This document shows positions 46,136 to 55,420 of a stretch of 57,485 nt of DNA, piece after piece. Position 1 is the first letter of the stretch. Each line of letters starts with the position of its first letter. The notes under the pieces are model-generated. The model did no database searches, had not been told where the DNA came from, and saw nothing but the letters and a program-made list of their open reading frames with translations. The stretch covers positions 1-57,485 of the forward strand of contig CAZKWZ010000002.1 of NCBI GenBank assembly GCA_964556795.1, written 5' to 3'. The DNA comes from an uncultured Gammaproteobacteria bacterium (GTDB lineage Bacteria > Patescibacteriota > Microgenomatia > UBA12405). The translations under genes were made by a program, and so were the position numbers.

Positions 46136-46162
46136 ATAGCCGCTATTAGCGGCTATTTTTTT
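46136..46162. terminator. Bidirectional rho-independent terminator between convergent genes
   Basis: ATAGCCGCT (46136-46144) / AGCGGCTAT (46148-46156), flanked by an A-run upstream and a T-run downstream (46157-46162). Confidence 0.8.
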
Positions 46163-47435
46163 ATCTATCGATAAAGGTTAGAGCGTAACCCTTTTGGTCA
46201 GCCCGACCAGTACGACCAATACGATGAGTATAATCTTCGTAGGTGGCAGGTTGATCATAGTTAATGACGTGGGTAATATCTTTGATATCCAAACCACGAG
46301 CAGCAACATCAGTAGCCACTAAAATATTAAGAGTGTCATTTTTAAAGGAACGGATGGTGGTAATTCTTTGACTTTGACGTTTGTCACCATGAATGGAACC
46401 AACTTTAAAACCTTTTTCCTGTAAAGACAGATAAAGCTTTTCGGTATACATCTTAGTAGAAGCGAAAATCAGAACTTTTTTGAACTCAGGTTTTTTAAGT
46501 AAATCACACAAAACTTCTTCTTTTCTAAAACGTTCAACTCGAACCACATCCTGCTCAACATGGGAAGAGGTAGGAGCGGTTTTAACTGAGATTTTGACAG
46601 GATCTTTTAAAAAGGTATCGATAAGGGTTTCAATTTTTTTATCGATAGTAGCGGAAAAAAATAGAGTTTGATGGGCTTGGGTAATTTGAGATACGACAGA
46701 TTTGATGTCGGCCACAAATCCCATATCAAGCATTCTATCGACCTCATCCAAAACGATAGTGTCAAACTGAGCAAAGTTAATGACTCGACGACGACCTAAG
46801 TCCATAACTCGTCCAGGAGTACCAATAATAATGTTTGGACCACGACGAATATCCATAATTTGTTCGCGCATGAAGGAACCACCGATAGCGAGAGCTAAAT
46901 ATACTCTTAGACCGGGAGTAAATGAACGGAAATCATCTTTGATTTGTTGAGCTAATTCACGAGTTGGAGCTAAAATTAAAATCCTCTTTTGGGGATTTTT
47001 TATAATTTCATTAATTAAAGGCAAGGCAAAGGCGGCAGTTTTTCCGGTACCGGTATTGGCAATACCCAAAACATCACGACCGGCCAAAACTTGCGCTATA
47101 GTTTGGTCCTGAATGGGGGTAGGTTTGGTATAACCTTTGGATTTAATATTATTTAAAAGAAGTGGATTAAAATTAAAATCTTCAAAAGAGTGAACCGGAT
47201 TTGATTCTTCAATTTTAACGAATTCCTCAGCTTTTTTTACAAATAGAGCCGGATTAATATAGGCACCAAAACGGCGGGCACCGCCACGAGATGGACCTTT
47301 GGAAAAACGGGAAGGATAAGATGGTTTACCTGAACCAAATGAGGGCCGAGCAGGTCGACGACCAAAATTGGCAAAGGATCTTCCATTTGAAGAACTATTG
47401 GGACGCACAGAACGAGATACATTTTGATTGTACAT
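46161..47435 (-). CDS. DEAD-box ATP-dependent RNA helicase
   Basis: Q motif (FNPLLLNNIKSKGYTKPTPIQ), ANTGTGKT, PTRELA, LDEVDRMLDMGF (DEVD variant), SAT, HGDKRQSQR, VATDVAARGLDI, HRIGRTGR. The N-terminus is R/G/S/P-rich. The ATG at 47435 is preferred over the TTG at 47462. Confidence 0.92.
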   Translation of the reverse strand: MYNQNVSRSVRPNSSSNGRSFANFGRRPARPSFGSGKPSYPSRFSKGPSRGGARRFGAYINPALFVKKAEEFVKIEESNPVHSFEDFNFNPLLLNNIKSKGYTKPTPIQDQTIAQVLAGRDVLGIANTGTGKTAAFALPLINEIIKNPQKRILILAPTRELAQQIKDDFRSFTPGLRVYLALAIGGSFMREQIMDIRRGPNIIIGTPGRVMDLGRRRVINFAQFDTIVLDEVDRMLDMGFVADIKSVVSQITQAHQTLFFSATIDKKIETLIDTFLKDPVKISVKTAPTSSHVEQDVVRVERFRKEEVLCDLLKKPEFKKVLIFASTKMYTEKLYLSLQEKGFKVGSIHGDKRQSQRITTIRSFKNDTLNILVATDVAARGLDIKDITHVINYDQPATYEDYTHRIGRTGRADQKGYALTFIDR

Positions 47436-47564
47436 ATAATTAGATGAGCTTTCGGCCCACAATTATAAATACACATCTATAAAACAATGTGATCGGGCAA
47501 GAAGCAAAATCAGGTTGTAGTGTAACACATCGAAAAAATATGTCAAATTATAGGATAAAGATTC

Positions 47565-47600
47565 AATCTCCCTAAATCCCCCTTTGACAAGAGGGACTTG
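47565..47600. repeat. GC-rich hairpin mini-repeat, copy C (intergenic)
   Basis: AATCTCCCTAAATCCCCCTTTGACAAGAGGGACTTG. About 25 of 30 positions match copy A by eye. Confidence 0.6.
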
Positions 47601-47619
47601 AAATTAGTTAAAATGCATC

Positions 47620-47907
47620 GTGATTAAAAATAATGGAATTTTTGAAAAGGTTAGAGGGGAGGTGAAGAAAATTCCCAAAGGAAAAACAAAAAGTTATGGA
47701 GAAATTGCCCGAATTGTCGGGACAAATGCCAGAGTAGTAGGGTGGGCATTACGGGGCAACGAGGATATGAGTATCCCCTGTCATAGAGTTATAAAGTCTA
47801 ATGGAGAATTGGCGGATAATTTTTCACTTGGTAATTGGCCAGAACAAAAAAGAAGGCTTGAGGCAGAAGATATCAGGTTTAAAGGTAGAAAAGTTATAGT
47901 AGAATAG
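47620..47907 (+). CDS. MGMT-family DNA-binding domain protein with intact PCHR cysteine (single-domain)
   Basis: IPKGKTKSYGEIARIVG...SIPCHRVIKSNGEL. 95 aa, no N-terminal Ada/Ogt domain. GTG start. Confidence 0.7.
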   Translation: MIKNNGIFEKVRGEVKKIPKGKTKSYGEIARIVGTNARVVGWALRGNEDMSIPCHRVIKSNGELADNFSLGNWPEQKRRLEAEDIRFKGRKVIVE

Positions 47908-47911
47908 AAAC

Positions 47912-49492
47912 ATGGATAAAGTCATCACGGTCAAAATTGCCGGGCCTGCCGGGACAGGTATTAAGTCAGCTGGTTTATTGCTGGCAAAAATGTTAAGCGA
48001 AAGTGGATATTTTTTAAAAGATTATTCTGAGTATCCATCTTTAGTTCGGGGTGGTCACAACACTTACCAAGTTAGTTTTTCCGTAGGTGAAGTTTATTGC
48101 GTTCATCGAATGGTAGATATTTTTATAAGTCTGGTAACCGGTCATTGGCAGGAGCATGAAAAAGAATTTAAAGAGGATACATTAGTATTTGCCGATAATG
48201 ACGGTAAAATAAATATTCCTTTTAAAGAAATGTGCGACAAATTGGGAGGAAATATTTATGCCAACACCATAAGTCTCGGTCTGTTGGCGTTTTTACTTGA
48301 TTTGGATAAAGAATTTGCCAAGAAAAATATTCAGGAAGCCTATGGAAATGATTCCAATAATTTAAGTGCCTTTGAGGAAGGTTATGGCTGGGGTGAAAAA
48401 AATACTCATAAATTATCCGTAGATAAGGGTATAAATACAGAAAATAAGATAATTGTTGACGGAAACGAAGCGGCAGGTTGGGGACTTTATAAGGCAGGTT
48501 TGGACATGTTCGTCGCCTACCCTATGACTCCAGCCTCAGGCTTACTTCACTTTTTAGCCAAAAACATGGATGAGTTTAAAATAAAAGTAATTCACCCCGA
48601 AGATGAAATTGCCGTAGCTTCGATAGCCTCAGGAGCCTCGATGGCTGGGCTGAGAAGCGCTGTGGGCACCTCTGGTGGTGGTTTTGCACTCATGACCGAA
48701 TCTGTTAGCTTGGATGCAATGGCAGGGCTAGGAGTGGTTTATTTTCTATCTCAGCGTCCCGGTCCAGCGACCGGAATGCCAACATGGACTAGTCAAGGGG
48801 ATTTGTTGTTTGCGGTCCATAGCGGTCATGGGGAATTTGCTAAGGCAGTATTGGCTCCTGGTGACTGGGAAGAGGCGTTTGAATTGGGAAAACTGGCATT
48901 AAATATTGCCAATAAACACGATATTCCAGTAATTATGTTGTCAGACAAAAACTTGTCTGAATCAAGTGCTAACGTAAAGGATTTTAATCAAGAAAAAACC
49001 GATATAGTTCCCAGCAGTAAAGCCGTACCCGGTAAAGGACAAAAAATAAAACTTTACAACAGTTATGAACATGATGAAGAAGGTTTTTCTGTCGAGGGTG
49101 CCGAAGAAAGTAAAAAAGCAGCTGACATGAGACTTGGAAAAGTTAAAGAAATTTTGGAAGATATGCCAAAGGTGAATTTGTATGGAAGTGATAAAGCTAA
49201 AAAGATAATTGTTTCCTGGGGTTCGACTAAGGGAGCAATTTTGGAAGCTTTAAAGGAAATGGAAAACAAAGAAGATTTCGCCTTTTTACAAATAAAGGGA
49301 TTGTGGCCAATTGACCCAAGAATAGGACAAATAATTAATGCTTTTGAAACGAAAATTTTAATAGAAAACAATGCCACGGCTCAGTTAGAACAATTATTAA
49401 AATCACAAATGACAGTAGAATTTAATAAGCGAATATTAAAATATGACGGAAGACCATTCTTTCCGGAAGAATTAAAGGAGGGTTTAAAATGA
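47912..49492 (+). CDS. 2-oxoacid:ferredoxin oxidoreductase, fused gamma/alpha subunit
   Basis: N-terminal gamma-like IAGPAGTGIKSAGLLLAKML, then alpha domain GNEAAGWGLYKAGLDMFVAYPMTPAS... Confidence 0.8.
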   Translation: MDKVITVKIAGPAGTGIKSAGLLLAKMLSESGYFLKDYSEYPSLVRGGHNTYQVSFSVGEVYCVHRMVDIFISLVTGHWQEHEKEFKEDTLVFADNDGKINIPFKEMCDKLGGNIYANTISLGLLAFLLDLDKEFAKKNIQEAYGNDSNNLSAFEEGYGWGEKNTHKLSVDKGINTENKIIVDGNEAAGWGLYKAGLDMFVAYPMTPASGLLHFLAKNMDEFKIKVIHPEDEIAVASIASGASMAGLRSAVGTSGGGFALMTESVSLDAMAGLGVVYFLSQRPGPATGMPTWTSQGDLLFAVHSGHGEFAKAVLAPGDWEEAFELGKLALNIANKHDIPVIMLSDKNLSESSANVKDFNQEKTDIVPSSKAVPGKGQKIKLYNSYEHDEEGFSVEGAEESKKAADMRLGKVKEILEDMPKVNLYGSDKAKKIIVSWGSTKGAILEALKEMENKEDFAFLQIKGLWPIDPRIGQIINAFETKILIENNATAQLEQLLKSQMTVEFNKRILKYDGRPFFPEELKEGLK

Positions 49493-50106
49493 CTAATTGG
49501 CGTTCAAATGTAGTTCCAACCTGGTGTCCGGGTTGTCAGGATTATGTTATTTTTGCCGGTTTACAAAATACTTTAGCTAAGTTGAATCTGGATCCGGATA
49601 AAACCGTGCTGGTCTATGACATTGGTTGTATAGGTAATATGGCTGATTTTGTTAAGGGTTGGGGACTTCATTCTCTACACGGTAGATGTATTCCCACCGC
49701 AGTAGGAATAAAAATGGCCAATCCTGAATTAAATGTAATTGCTATTGGTGGTGATGGTGGAACTTATGGTGAAGGCCTAAGTCACTTAATATCGGCTGCC
49801 AGACTAAATATCGACATCACAGTCATTGTGGCAAATAACCACCTTTATTCTTTGACTACCGGACAAAGCAGTCCCACAACTCCTAAGGGGGTAAAGACAA
49901 AATCAACTCCACATGGAGTGCCGAGCGTCCCAATTGTACCGACAGAGTTAATAAAAACTGTTAACCCCGAGGCAACAGCAGAATATGTAAGCTGTAACGA
50001 ACCATTAAAGGTAAACGAGGCCATGGAAAGGGCAATAACCCACAAAGGTTTTTATCTTTTAGACCTTGAACAAATCTGTGTTAGTTTTGGGAAACAATTA
50101 AAATAA
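49489..50106 (+). CDS. 2-oxoacid:ferredoxin oxidoreductase beta (TPP-binding) subunit, short form
   Basis: WCPGCQDY, IGCIGN, IAIGGDGGTYGEG (GDG TPP motif), NNHLYSLTTGQ. ATGA overlap with the alpha gene. 205 aa. Confidence 0.8.
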   Translation: MTNWRSNVVPTWCPGCQDYVIFAGLQNTLAKLNLDPDKTVLVYDIGCIGNMADFVKGWGLHSLHGRCIPTAVGIKMANPELNVIAIGGDGGTYGEGLSHLISAARLNIDITVIVANNHLYSLTTGQSSPTTPKGVKTKSTPHGVPSVPIVPTELIKTVNPEATAEYVSCNEPLKVNEAMERAITHKGFYLLDLEQICVSFGKQLK

Positions 50107-50286
50107 GACAATAGATTTTAGAATTATAAAGATGACAAAGAAAAATAATGATCAGGAATTGGTAGTGGTTTCAAGACTTTTTGAAGAAGCCTCGGACGTA
50201 GAAAAACGCTATAAATCCTTAAAGAAAACTATAAAAAATCTAAAAAGATTTAACGAAGCTCAAATAAAAGGTAAAGTAGCTGAAGC

Positions 50287-51015
50287 CTAGAGAACAAAGA
50301 AAAGTAGTATTGATAAAATCAGGGTATAAACGCCAAAGTACCAATATTTGCTACTAGTTAGAGCTTTTTCTAATACTTTTAGAGCGGCCAGGCCAACAAA
50401 GAAAGTAATAACAAAAGCTAATAAATTGTTGGAAGTGAGAATGGCTGGAGAAAAAATATCTTTTAGTTCTAAGAGAATGGCACCGGCAGAAGCAGGAATA
50501 AAGAGGGAGAAGGAAAAATTGAAGGCATTTACGGGAGATAAACCAAGAATGAGGGCTGAAAATATGGTACCACCACTTCGGGTAACTCCGGGCAAAAGAG
50601 CAAGGGCTTGAAAAATACCAATAATAAAGGCAGATTGATAGGTAATTTTTTTATCTTGTCTTTTTAGAAATTTGGTAATGAGGGCATAGAGAGCAGTAAT
50701 TAGAAAAAAAATTGGAAGAAGTTTTGGGGAAGCAAAAAGACCTTCGATTTGATCTTTTAGAAAGAAACCGACAATAACGGTGGGAATTGAACCAACAATA
50801 ATGTACTTTAAATTGGAAATAAAATATGGGATTTTTTGGCGAAAGAAAAAGAGAACAGAGAAAAAAGTAGCGAGATGAAGAAAAACATCAAAGGTAAGGG
50901 AGGGAGATAAACCAAAAAAATGCTGAACTAAATTTAAATGACCATCGGAAGAGATGGGTAAAAATTCAGTTACACCTTGAACAAAAGCCAGGATTAGAGT
51001 TTGAAATAAAGACAT
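50287..51015 (-). CDS. uppP: Undecaprenyl-diphosphate phosphatase
   Basis: FVQGVTEFLPISSDGHL and LLPGVTRSGGTI signature motifs. 8-TM profile. Confidence 0.9.
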   Translation of the reverse strand: MSLFQTLILAFVQGVTEFLPISSDGHLNLVQHFFGLSPSLTFDVFLHLATFFSVLFFFRQKIPYFISNLKYIIVGSIPTVIVGFFLKDQIEGLFASPKLLPIFFLITALYALITKFLKRQDKKITYQSAFIIGIFQALALLPGVTRSGGTIFSALILGLSPVNAFNFSFSLFIPASAGAILLELKDIFSPAILTSNNLLAFVITFFVGLAALKVLEKALTSSKYWYFGVYTLILSILLFFVL

Positions 51016-51044
51016 GAATTCATTTTAACGCATGAAAAGTTTTT

Positions 51045-51662
51045 TTAGAAACCGATATTTTCTTCGACTAGTATGAATGTAACTTTACGGCCTAACATTT
51101 GATTTTCATTTTTGAAGATGAGGATTTTATTTAATTGAGTATTAACGTGATATTTTTCCTGCATATGGACATCTTCTAGAGGAACTACATAATCTGAAAG
51201 ACGGGACATGGCTTCATTAAAATCAGAAACAATCTTTTTTGTACTAACGACAAAGATTAAATTTTGAGATGTGAAAACAATATGTGGCAATTGACTACCA
51301 GTATTACTGGCGATAAGAAAGTCACCATTTTCAATTAAGGCATGAACACTCCCCAAGTAGTAACTTGCATGGATTGCTGATTGACGAAGAGCTGCTTGTT
51401 TTTGAGAGTTAGTCTCATTAACAATTGCTTCATGGAGATTGTTCCAACCATGATTTCCAGACTTTAAATAATCAATAAAACCAATTTGTTCTAAAGATAC
51501 AGAAGATCCATTCATAACAGAAGAACCTACAGGAATTATTTCTTTTATTTTTTCCAAAGCTTCGACTTTTGTTTTAATAACAAAAGTTTGATAACCCTTG
51601 GTTTGAAGTTCTTTAACAGTTTTTTCAACTGAGGTTTGAGAAGCTAATTCGTTGTATTTCAT
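51045..51662 (-). CDS. LUD (lactate-utilisation B/C, DUF162) domain protein
   Basis: 205 aa. The pattern IPVGSSVMNGSSVSLEQIGF...FLIASNTGSQL...VVSTKKIV resembles YkgG/LutC-like proteins. Confidence 0.55.
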   Translation of the reverse strand: MKYNELASQTSVEKTVKELQTKGYQTFVIKTKVEALEKIKEIIPVGSSVMNGSSVSLEQIGFIDYLKSGNHGWNNLHEAIVNETNSQKQAALRQSAIHASYYLGSVHALIENGDFLIASNTGSQLPHIVFTSQNLIFVVSTKKIVSDFNEAMSRLSDYVVPLEDVHMQEKYHVNTQLNKILIFKNENQMLGRKVTFILVEENIGF

Positions 51663-51710
51663 ATTAAACTAATACTACTCTTGTAGTAGTTAAAAGGCAA
51701 GCCGTTTGAT

Positions 51711-52034
51711 TTACCAAATTTTGGTATAAACAATGTCCCTTAGGCTGTACCAGAAAAATTTGAATACATTCACTTGGGGTACTGATATGACAGTATATAT
51801 AGTCATTAAAACAAGAATAGTAATGAGGATTGCAAATAAAATTAAAGGAATAGTTATAAACTTTTTTTCCTTTGTAATAACAAATAAAATTGCGCCAATT
51901 AAAAAACAAATACAAATTGCAATAAATATTTTGTGAAAAAAACTAACCATCATACTACTCATGACGATCTCTTGAGAAAAATAATATTTCGTGTCAGGTG
52001 AAATTGTTATATCAGCCATAAAAAAGTTTAACAC
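51711..52034 (-). CDS. Hypothetical small membrane protein
   Basis: Two clear hydrophobic helices (FIAICICFLIGAILFVI; IPLILFAILITILVLMTIYTVI). The start is uncertain, with several in-frame Met codons. AT-rich. Confidence 0.4.
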   Translation of the reverse strand: MLNFFMADITISPDTKYYFSQEIVMSSMMVSFFHKIFIAICICFLIGAILFVITKEKKFITIPLILFAILITILVLMTIYTVISVPQVNVFKFFWYSLRDIVYTKIW

Positions 52035-52037
52035 AAC

Positions 52038-52062
52038 AAAAAAGCCCGCCGGTAAGGCGGGC
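52038..52062 (-). terminator. Rho-independent terminator downstream of rpsI
   Basis: Minus strand reads GCCCGCCTTACCGGCGGGC followed by TTTTTT. Confidence 0.8.
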
Positions 52063-52084
52063 TTTAAAATTCTGATAACAAAGC

Positions 52085-52495
52085 TTAACGCTTTGGAGAT
52101 TGCTTTTGACGACGAGCTTTACCACCAGTACCAACCATACGGCGCTCACGAACGCGAGCATCGACAGTAAGTAATCCGGCCTGAGCCAAAGGTGAAGTAA
52201 AACTTTCGTTATTTTTCTTGAGAGAACGGGATAGGGCTAAAATTAAAGCCGCTAATTGACCGGTTTTACCACCACCAACAATCTTGGCAGAGTAATGATA
52301 TTTGCCCTCAGTTTCGGTAATTTTGAAAGGTAAATTCAAACGGGAAAAGGTTAGAGGGAAATATTTATCTGCAGCTCGGGTGTTAATAGTAGATTCCCCT
52401 TTTCCAGGAAATAATTTAACAGTAGCTACAGCCGATTTTCGACGACCTAGAGCGTAAGTATAAGAATTTGAGGTTTTTTTAGTAGAGGTAGCCAT
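52085..52495 (-). CDS. rpsI: 30S ribosomal protein S9
   Basis: GRRKSAVATVKL...GGGKTGQLAALILALSRSL...DARVRERRMVGTGGKARRQKQSPKR. Confidence 0.95.
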   Translation of the reverse strand: MATSTKKTSNSYTYALGRRKSAVATVKLFPGKGESTINTRAADKYFPLTFSRLNLPFKITETEGKYHYSAKIVGGGKTGQLAALILALSRSLKKNNESFTSPLAQAGLLTVDARVRERRMVGTGGKARRQKQSPKR

Positions 52496-52497
52496 AA

Positions 52498-52920
52498 TTA
52501 TTTGCTAAATTTTTCAGCGTATTTATGTTCTGCATTGGCAGAAATTTTTAAACGTCGCATTCTGAGTGCGCGAAGATTATTTTTTGGAAGCATACCGTGA
52601 ACGGCAAATTCGATAACTTTACGTGGATCCTTAACCATGAGCTCTTTTAGGGAGATTTCATTAAGGTGACCAGAAAAAGCAGTGTGGTGGTAATAAATTT
52701 TTTGTTTTAATTTTTTACCAGTAACAACTATGTCTTTGGCATTAATAGCGACTACATAATCACCATCATCGCGGTGATAAGAAAAGGTAGTTTTATTTTT
52801 CCCCATTAATAAGGCGGCAATTTCGGTAGCGGCACGACCTAGAGTCTTTCCGGATAGATCAACTAAAATCCAGGAACGAACAGGGTTACTTCCTTTTAAT
52901 ACAGTGGTTTTAGTTTTCAT
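52498..52920 (-). CDS. rplM: 50S ribosomal protein L13
   Basis: WILVDLSGKTLGRAATEIAALLMGKNK...HHTAFSGHL...HGMLPKN. Confidence 0.95.
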   Translation of the reverse strand: MKTKTTVLKGSNPVRSWILVDLSGKTLGRAATEIAALLMGKNKTTFSYHRDDGDYVVAINAKDIVVTGKKLKQKIYYHHTAFSGHLNEISLKELMVKDPRKVIEFAVHGMLPKNNLRALRMRRLKISANAEHKYAEKFSK

Positions 52921-53426
52921 TATTTGGTCTCCTTCTTTTTAACAGTTTTTTTCACTTCAACTTTTTTACTTTCTTTTTTAGGTGTTTTGACTGTACCACC
53001 AAAAGAGGTTTTGATTTTATCAGAAGCAGCCTTTCTTTCTTCTTTGGAAGCTAACTTGGGCAAGCTATTGACTTCTTTTACAAAAGTTAATTTTACAATC
53101 AAAGCATTGTCGCCCTGACGAAATTTAACGTTGTTCATTACGGTAAAGTTTTGAGTCTGGCCAGCAAAAGCAGCAGAAAAGGCAGTAACAATATTGTTGA
53201 CTACATTTCTATCCTGAAAATAGGTAAATATGTAGCGTCGAGAGTTCAAATCACCCTTGACGGCTGCAGCAGCTATTTTTTCAGCCAAAGGCATAATTGA
53301 TTTGGCCTTGGCAGCAGTTGTCTTTATAAAACCATGGGTAAATAAAGAACGAAGTTGAGAACGATAGAGAGCTTGTCGCTCGTTGATGTTTCGGCCTAAT
53401 TGTCGACCAGTAATACGATGTCTCAT
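52920..53426 (-). CDS. rplQ: 50S ribosomal protein L17 with Lys-rich C-terminal extension
   Basis: MRHRITGRQLGRNINERQALYRSQLRSLFTHGFIKTTAAKAK, and tail ...KTPKKESKKVEVKKTVKKKETK. The ATG at 53426 lies just after the rpoA stop. Confidence 0.93.
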   Translation of the reverse strand: MRHRITGRQLGRNINERQALYRSQLRSLFTHGFIKTTAAKAKSIMPLAEKIAAAAVKGDLNSRRYIFTYFQDRNVVNNIVTAFSAAFAGQTQNFTVMNNVKFRQGDNALIVKLTFVKEVNSLPKLASKEERKAASDKIKTSFGGTVKTPKKESKKVEVKKTVKKKETK

Positions 53427-53430
53427 GGGT

Positions 53431-54351
53431 TTATTTGTTCCAAGAAAAGCCTTTTTCTCGAAGCCAAGCATCAATAATTTTTAAAGATTTTTCACCAACA
53501 TTTTTGGCTTTACTAACATCGGCACGACCGGCTTTGACCAAAGCGTCGATGGTAGGATAACCAGCTTTTTTAAGAGCATTGGTAACACGAAGAGGTAATT
53601 CAATTTCCTCGACGGAAATTTCAGCCATTTGATTGACTGGCATTGAATCGAGAGTAATAACTTCATCGTCAAATTCGCGAGTATCAACTATTTGAGAAAG
53701 AGCATTAATTAAATCCTTGGTAGCGGCTTTTAGAGCATCGAGAGGAGCAATAGAAGCATCAGTCCAAATTTCCATGGTTAATTTGTCGTAGTTACTCTTT
53801 TTACCTAAACGGGTAGGCTCAACTGTATAGTTGGCTTTTAAAACAGAGGTAAAAGTAGCATCGAGAATAATTTCACCAACAACATCGGTTTTTTGTTCAC
53901 GGGCAAGAGTATAACCAACTCCACGTTCAACGGTCATTTCAATTTTAAGATGAGCTTTGTCGTCAGTTAAAGTAGCAATAACCTGATCCGGATTAGAAAC
54001 TTTACAGACAGTACTGTCAGCAATATCAGCAGCGGTAACTACACCCTTACCTTTTTTCTCGAGAACAAGAGTAGTAGGTTCTTCTTTGCCGTAGGCAAAT
54101 TTTACTTTTTTAAGATTAAGAGAAATTTCAACTAAATCTTCTTTGACACCAGGAAGGGTGGTAAAAAGATGGGTAGCACCATCAACTCTAATTCGAGTGA
54201 TAGCAGCACCTGGAATAGTGATCAATAGAATTCTACGAAGACTATTTCCTAAAGTATGGCCTAATCCGCCAACAAGAGGACTTAATTCAAATTTACCGTA
54301 AGTAGCGGTTTGTTTAATGGTTTTGATATGAAATCGGCTGGTGTCGATCAT
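53431..54351 (-). CDS. rpoA: DNA-directed RNA polymerase subunit alpha
   Basis: GKFELSPLVGGLGHTLGNSLRRILL, and C-terminal domain IEELELPLRVTNALKKAGYPTIDALV. Confidence 0.95.
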   Translation of the reverse strand: MIDTSRFHIKTIKQTATYGKFELSPLVGGLGHTLGNSLRRILLITIPGAAITRIRVDGATHLFTTLPGVKEDLVEISLNLKKVKFAYGKEEPTTLVLEKKGKGVVTAADIADSTVCKVSNPDQVIATLTDDKAHLKIEMTVERGVGYTLAREQKTDVVGEIILDATFTSVLKANYTVEPTRLGKKSNYDKLTMEIWTDASIAPLDALKAATKDLINALSQIVDTREFDDEVITLDSMPVNQMAEISVEEIELPLRVTNALKKAGYPTIDALVKAGRADVSKAKNVGEKSLKIIDAWLREKGFSWNK

Positions 54352-54365
54352 AGATGTCTCCTTTG

Positions 54366-54998
54366 TTATCTTGAATAATATTCAATGATTAAATTAACAT
54401 CGATCCCGTTTTGATTTTGATCGATAATGGGAAGAGCAATGATTTTGGCGGAATGTTTGGATTTATTTAAATCAATCCATTCCGGGGTTTTGAAATCTTT
54501 ATCGGCGAATTTAAAGGTATCGCCAGATTTGTCTGAAATTTTTGATTTCAAGGTGATAACGTCACCAATCTTAACTGAATATGAGGAAATATTTAAAACA
54601 GCGTCGTTGACTAAAATTTGTTTGTGACTAATTAATTCTTTGGCATGACTACGGGATAAACATAAACCGGCATTGTAAACAACATTGTCGAGTCTTCTTT
54701 CCAAAAGAATCATTAAGTTGTCACCAACTTGACCTTTGAGCTTTTTAGCGGCGGTGTAATAATTTTTGAATTGGGTTTCCTGTACTCCATATATACGTTT
54801 AGCTTTTTGTTTGGCACGAAGCTGAATACCGTAATCAGTGGGTTTACCACTTCTTTTTTGTCCATGCATACCAGGTTTAATGGCAGCGCCTTTCTTTTCT
54901 AAAGGACATTTGGCGGAAAAACAGCGAGCGCCTTTGAGATAGAGCTTAACGCCCTCAGTTCGACAAAGACGACATTTTGTATCTAGTGTACTTCTCAT
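54366..54998 (-). CDS. rpsD: 30S ribosomal protein S4
   Basis: CRLCRTEGVKLYLKGARC zinc-ribbon-like N-terminus, YGIQLRAKQKAKRIYG, S4 domain LERRLDNVVYNAGL. Confidence 0.95.
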   Translation of the reverse strand: MRSTLDTKCRLCRTEGVKLYLKGARCFSAKCPLEKKGAAIKPGMHGQKRSGKPTDYGIQLRAKQKAKRIYGVQETQFKNYYTAAKKLKGQVGDNLMILLERRLDNVVYNAGLCLSRSHAKELISHKQILVNDAVLNISSYSVKIGDVITLKSKISDKSGDTFKFADKDFKTPEWIDLNKSKHSAKIIALPIIDQNQNGIDVNLIIEYYSR

Positions 54999-55009
54999 AT
55001 TAAATTAAT

Positions 55010-55411
55010 TTAAACTCGGCGGGCCTTGGGAGGTCGTGGGCCGTTGTGAGGAACAGGGGTAATATCGGCAATAAGATCGACTTCGAAATCACGCTTGGTG
55101 CGTAAAAAACGAAGAGCGGCATCTCGGCCGGTACCAGGGCCCTTTAGGTAAACTGCTAATTTTTTAATACCATATTGTTTGACACCATCGAGAGCTTTTT
55201 CAATGGCAGTAGTAGCGGCAAAAGGAGTGGATTTACGAGAACCTTTGAAACCACATTGACCAGAGCTTGACCAAGATAAAGCATTTCCGTTGGCATCGGT
55301 AATAGTAACAATAGTATTGTTGAAGGTGGATTGGATATAGAGTCGACCTTCGGCAATGCTTTTGATGACTTTTTTGACGGTTTTTTTGGTAGTTGGAGTA
55401 GTAGTTGCCAT
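55010..55411 (-). CDS. rpsK: 30S ribosomal protein S11
   Basis: [45 protein letters not shown]...[18 protein letters not shown]. Confidence 0.96.
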   Translation of the reverse strand: MATTTPTTKKTVKKVIKSIAEGRLYIQSTFNNTIVTITDANGNALSWSSSGQCGFKGSRKSTPFAATTAIEKALDGVKQYGIKKLAVYLKGPGTGRDAALRFLRTKRDFEVDLIADITPVPHNGPRPPKARRV

Positions 55412-55420
55412 AAATTTATT

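Noticed and set aside
50132-50290. 52-aa plus-strand ORF (MTKKNNDQELVVVSRLFEEASDVEKRYKSLKKTIKNLKRFNEAQIKGKVAEA) after the OFOR beta gene.
   Set aside because: It has no SD or -10-like element at a suitable distance, overlaps the uppP stop codon, and has a Lys-rich helical composition expected by chance in A-rich sequence. It cannot be supported without comparative data.
51664-51915. An 83-aa minus-strand ORF overlapping the 107-aa membrane ORF in another frame, raising the possibility of a frameshifted pseudogene.
   Set aside because: The 83-aa product (Cys/Tyr/Asn/Phe-rich) looks like AT-rich noise, while the 107-aa frame gives coherent TM helices. There is no evidence that the two frames were once a single gene.
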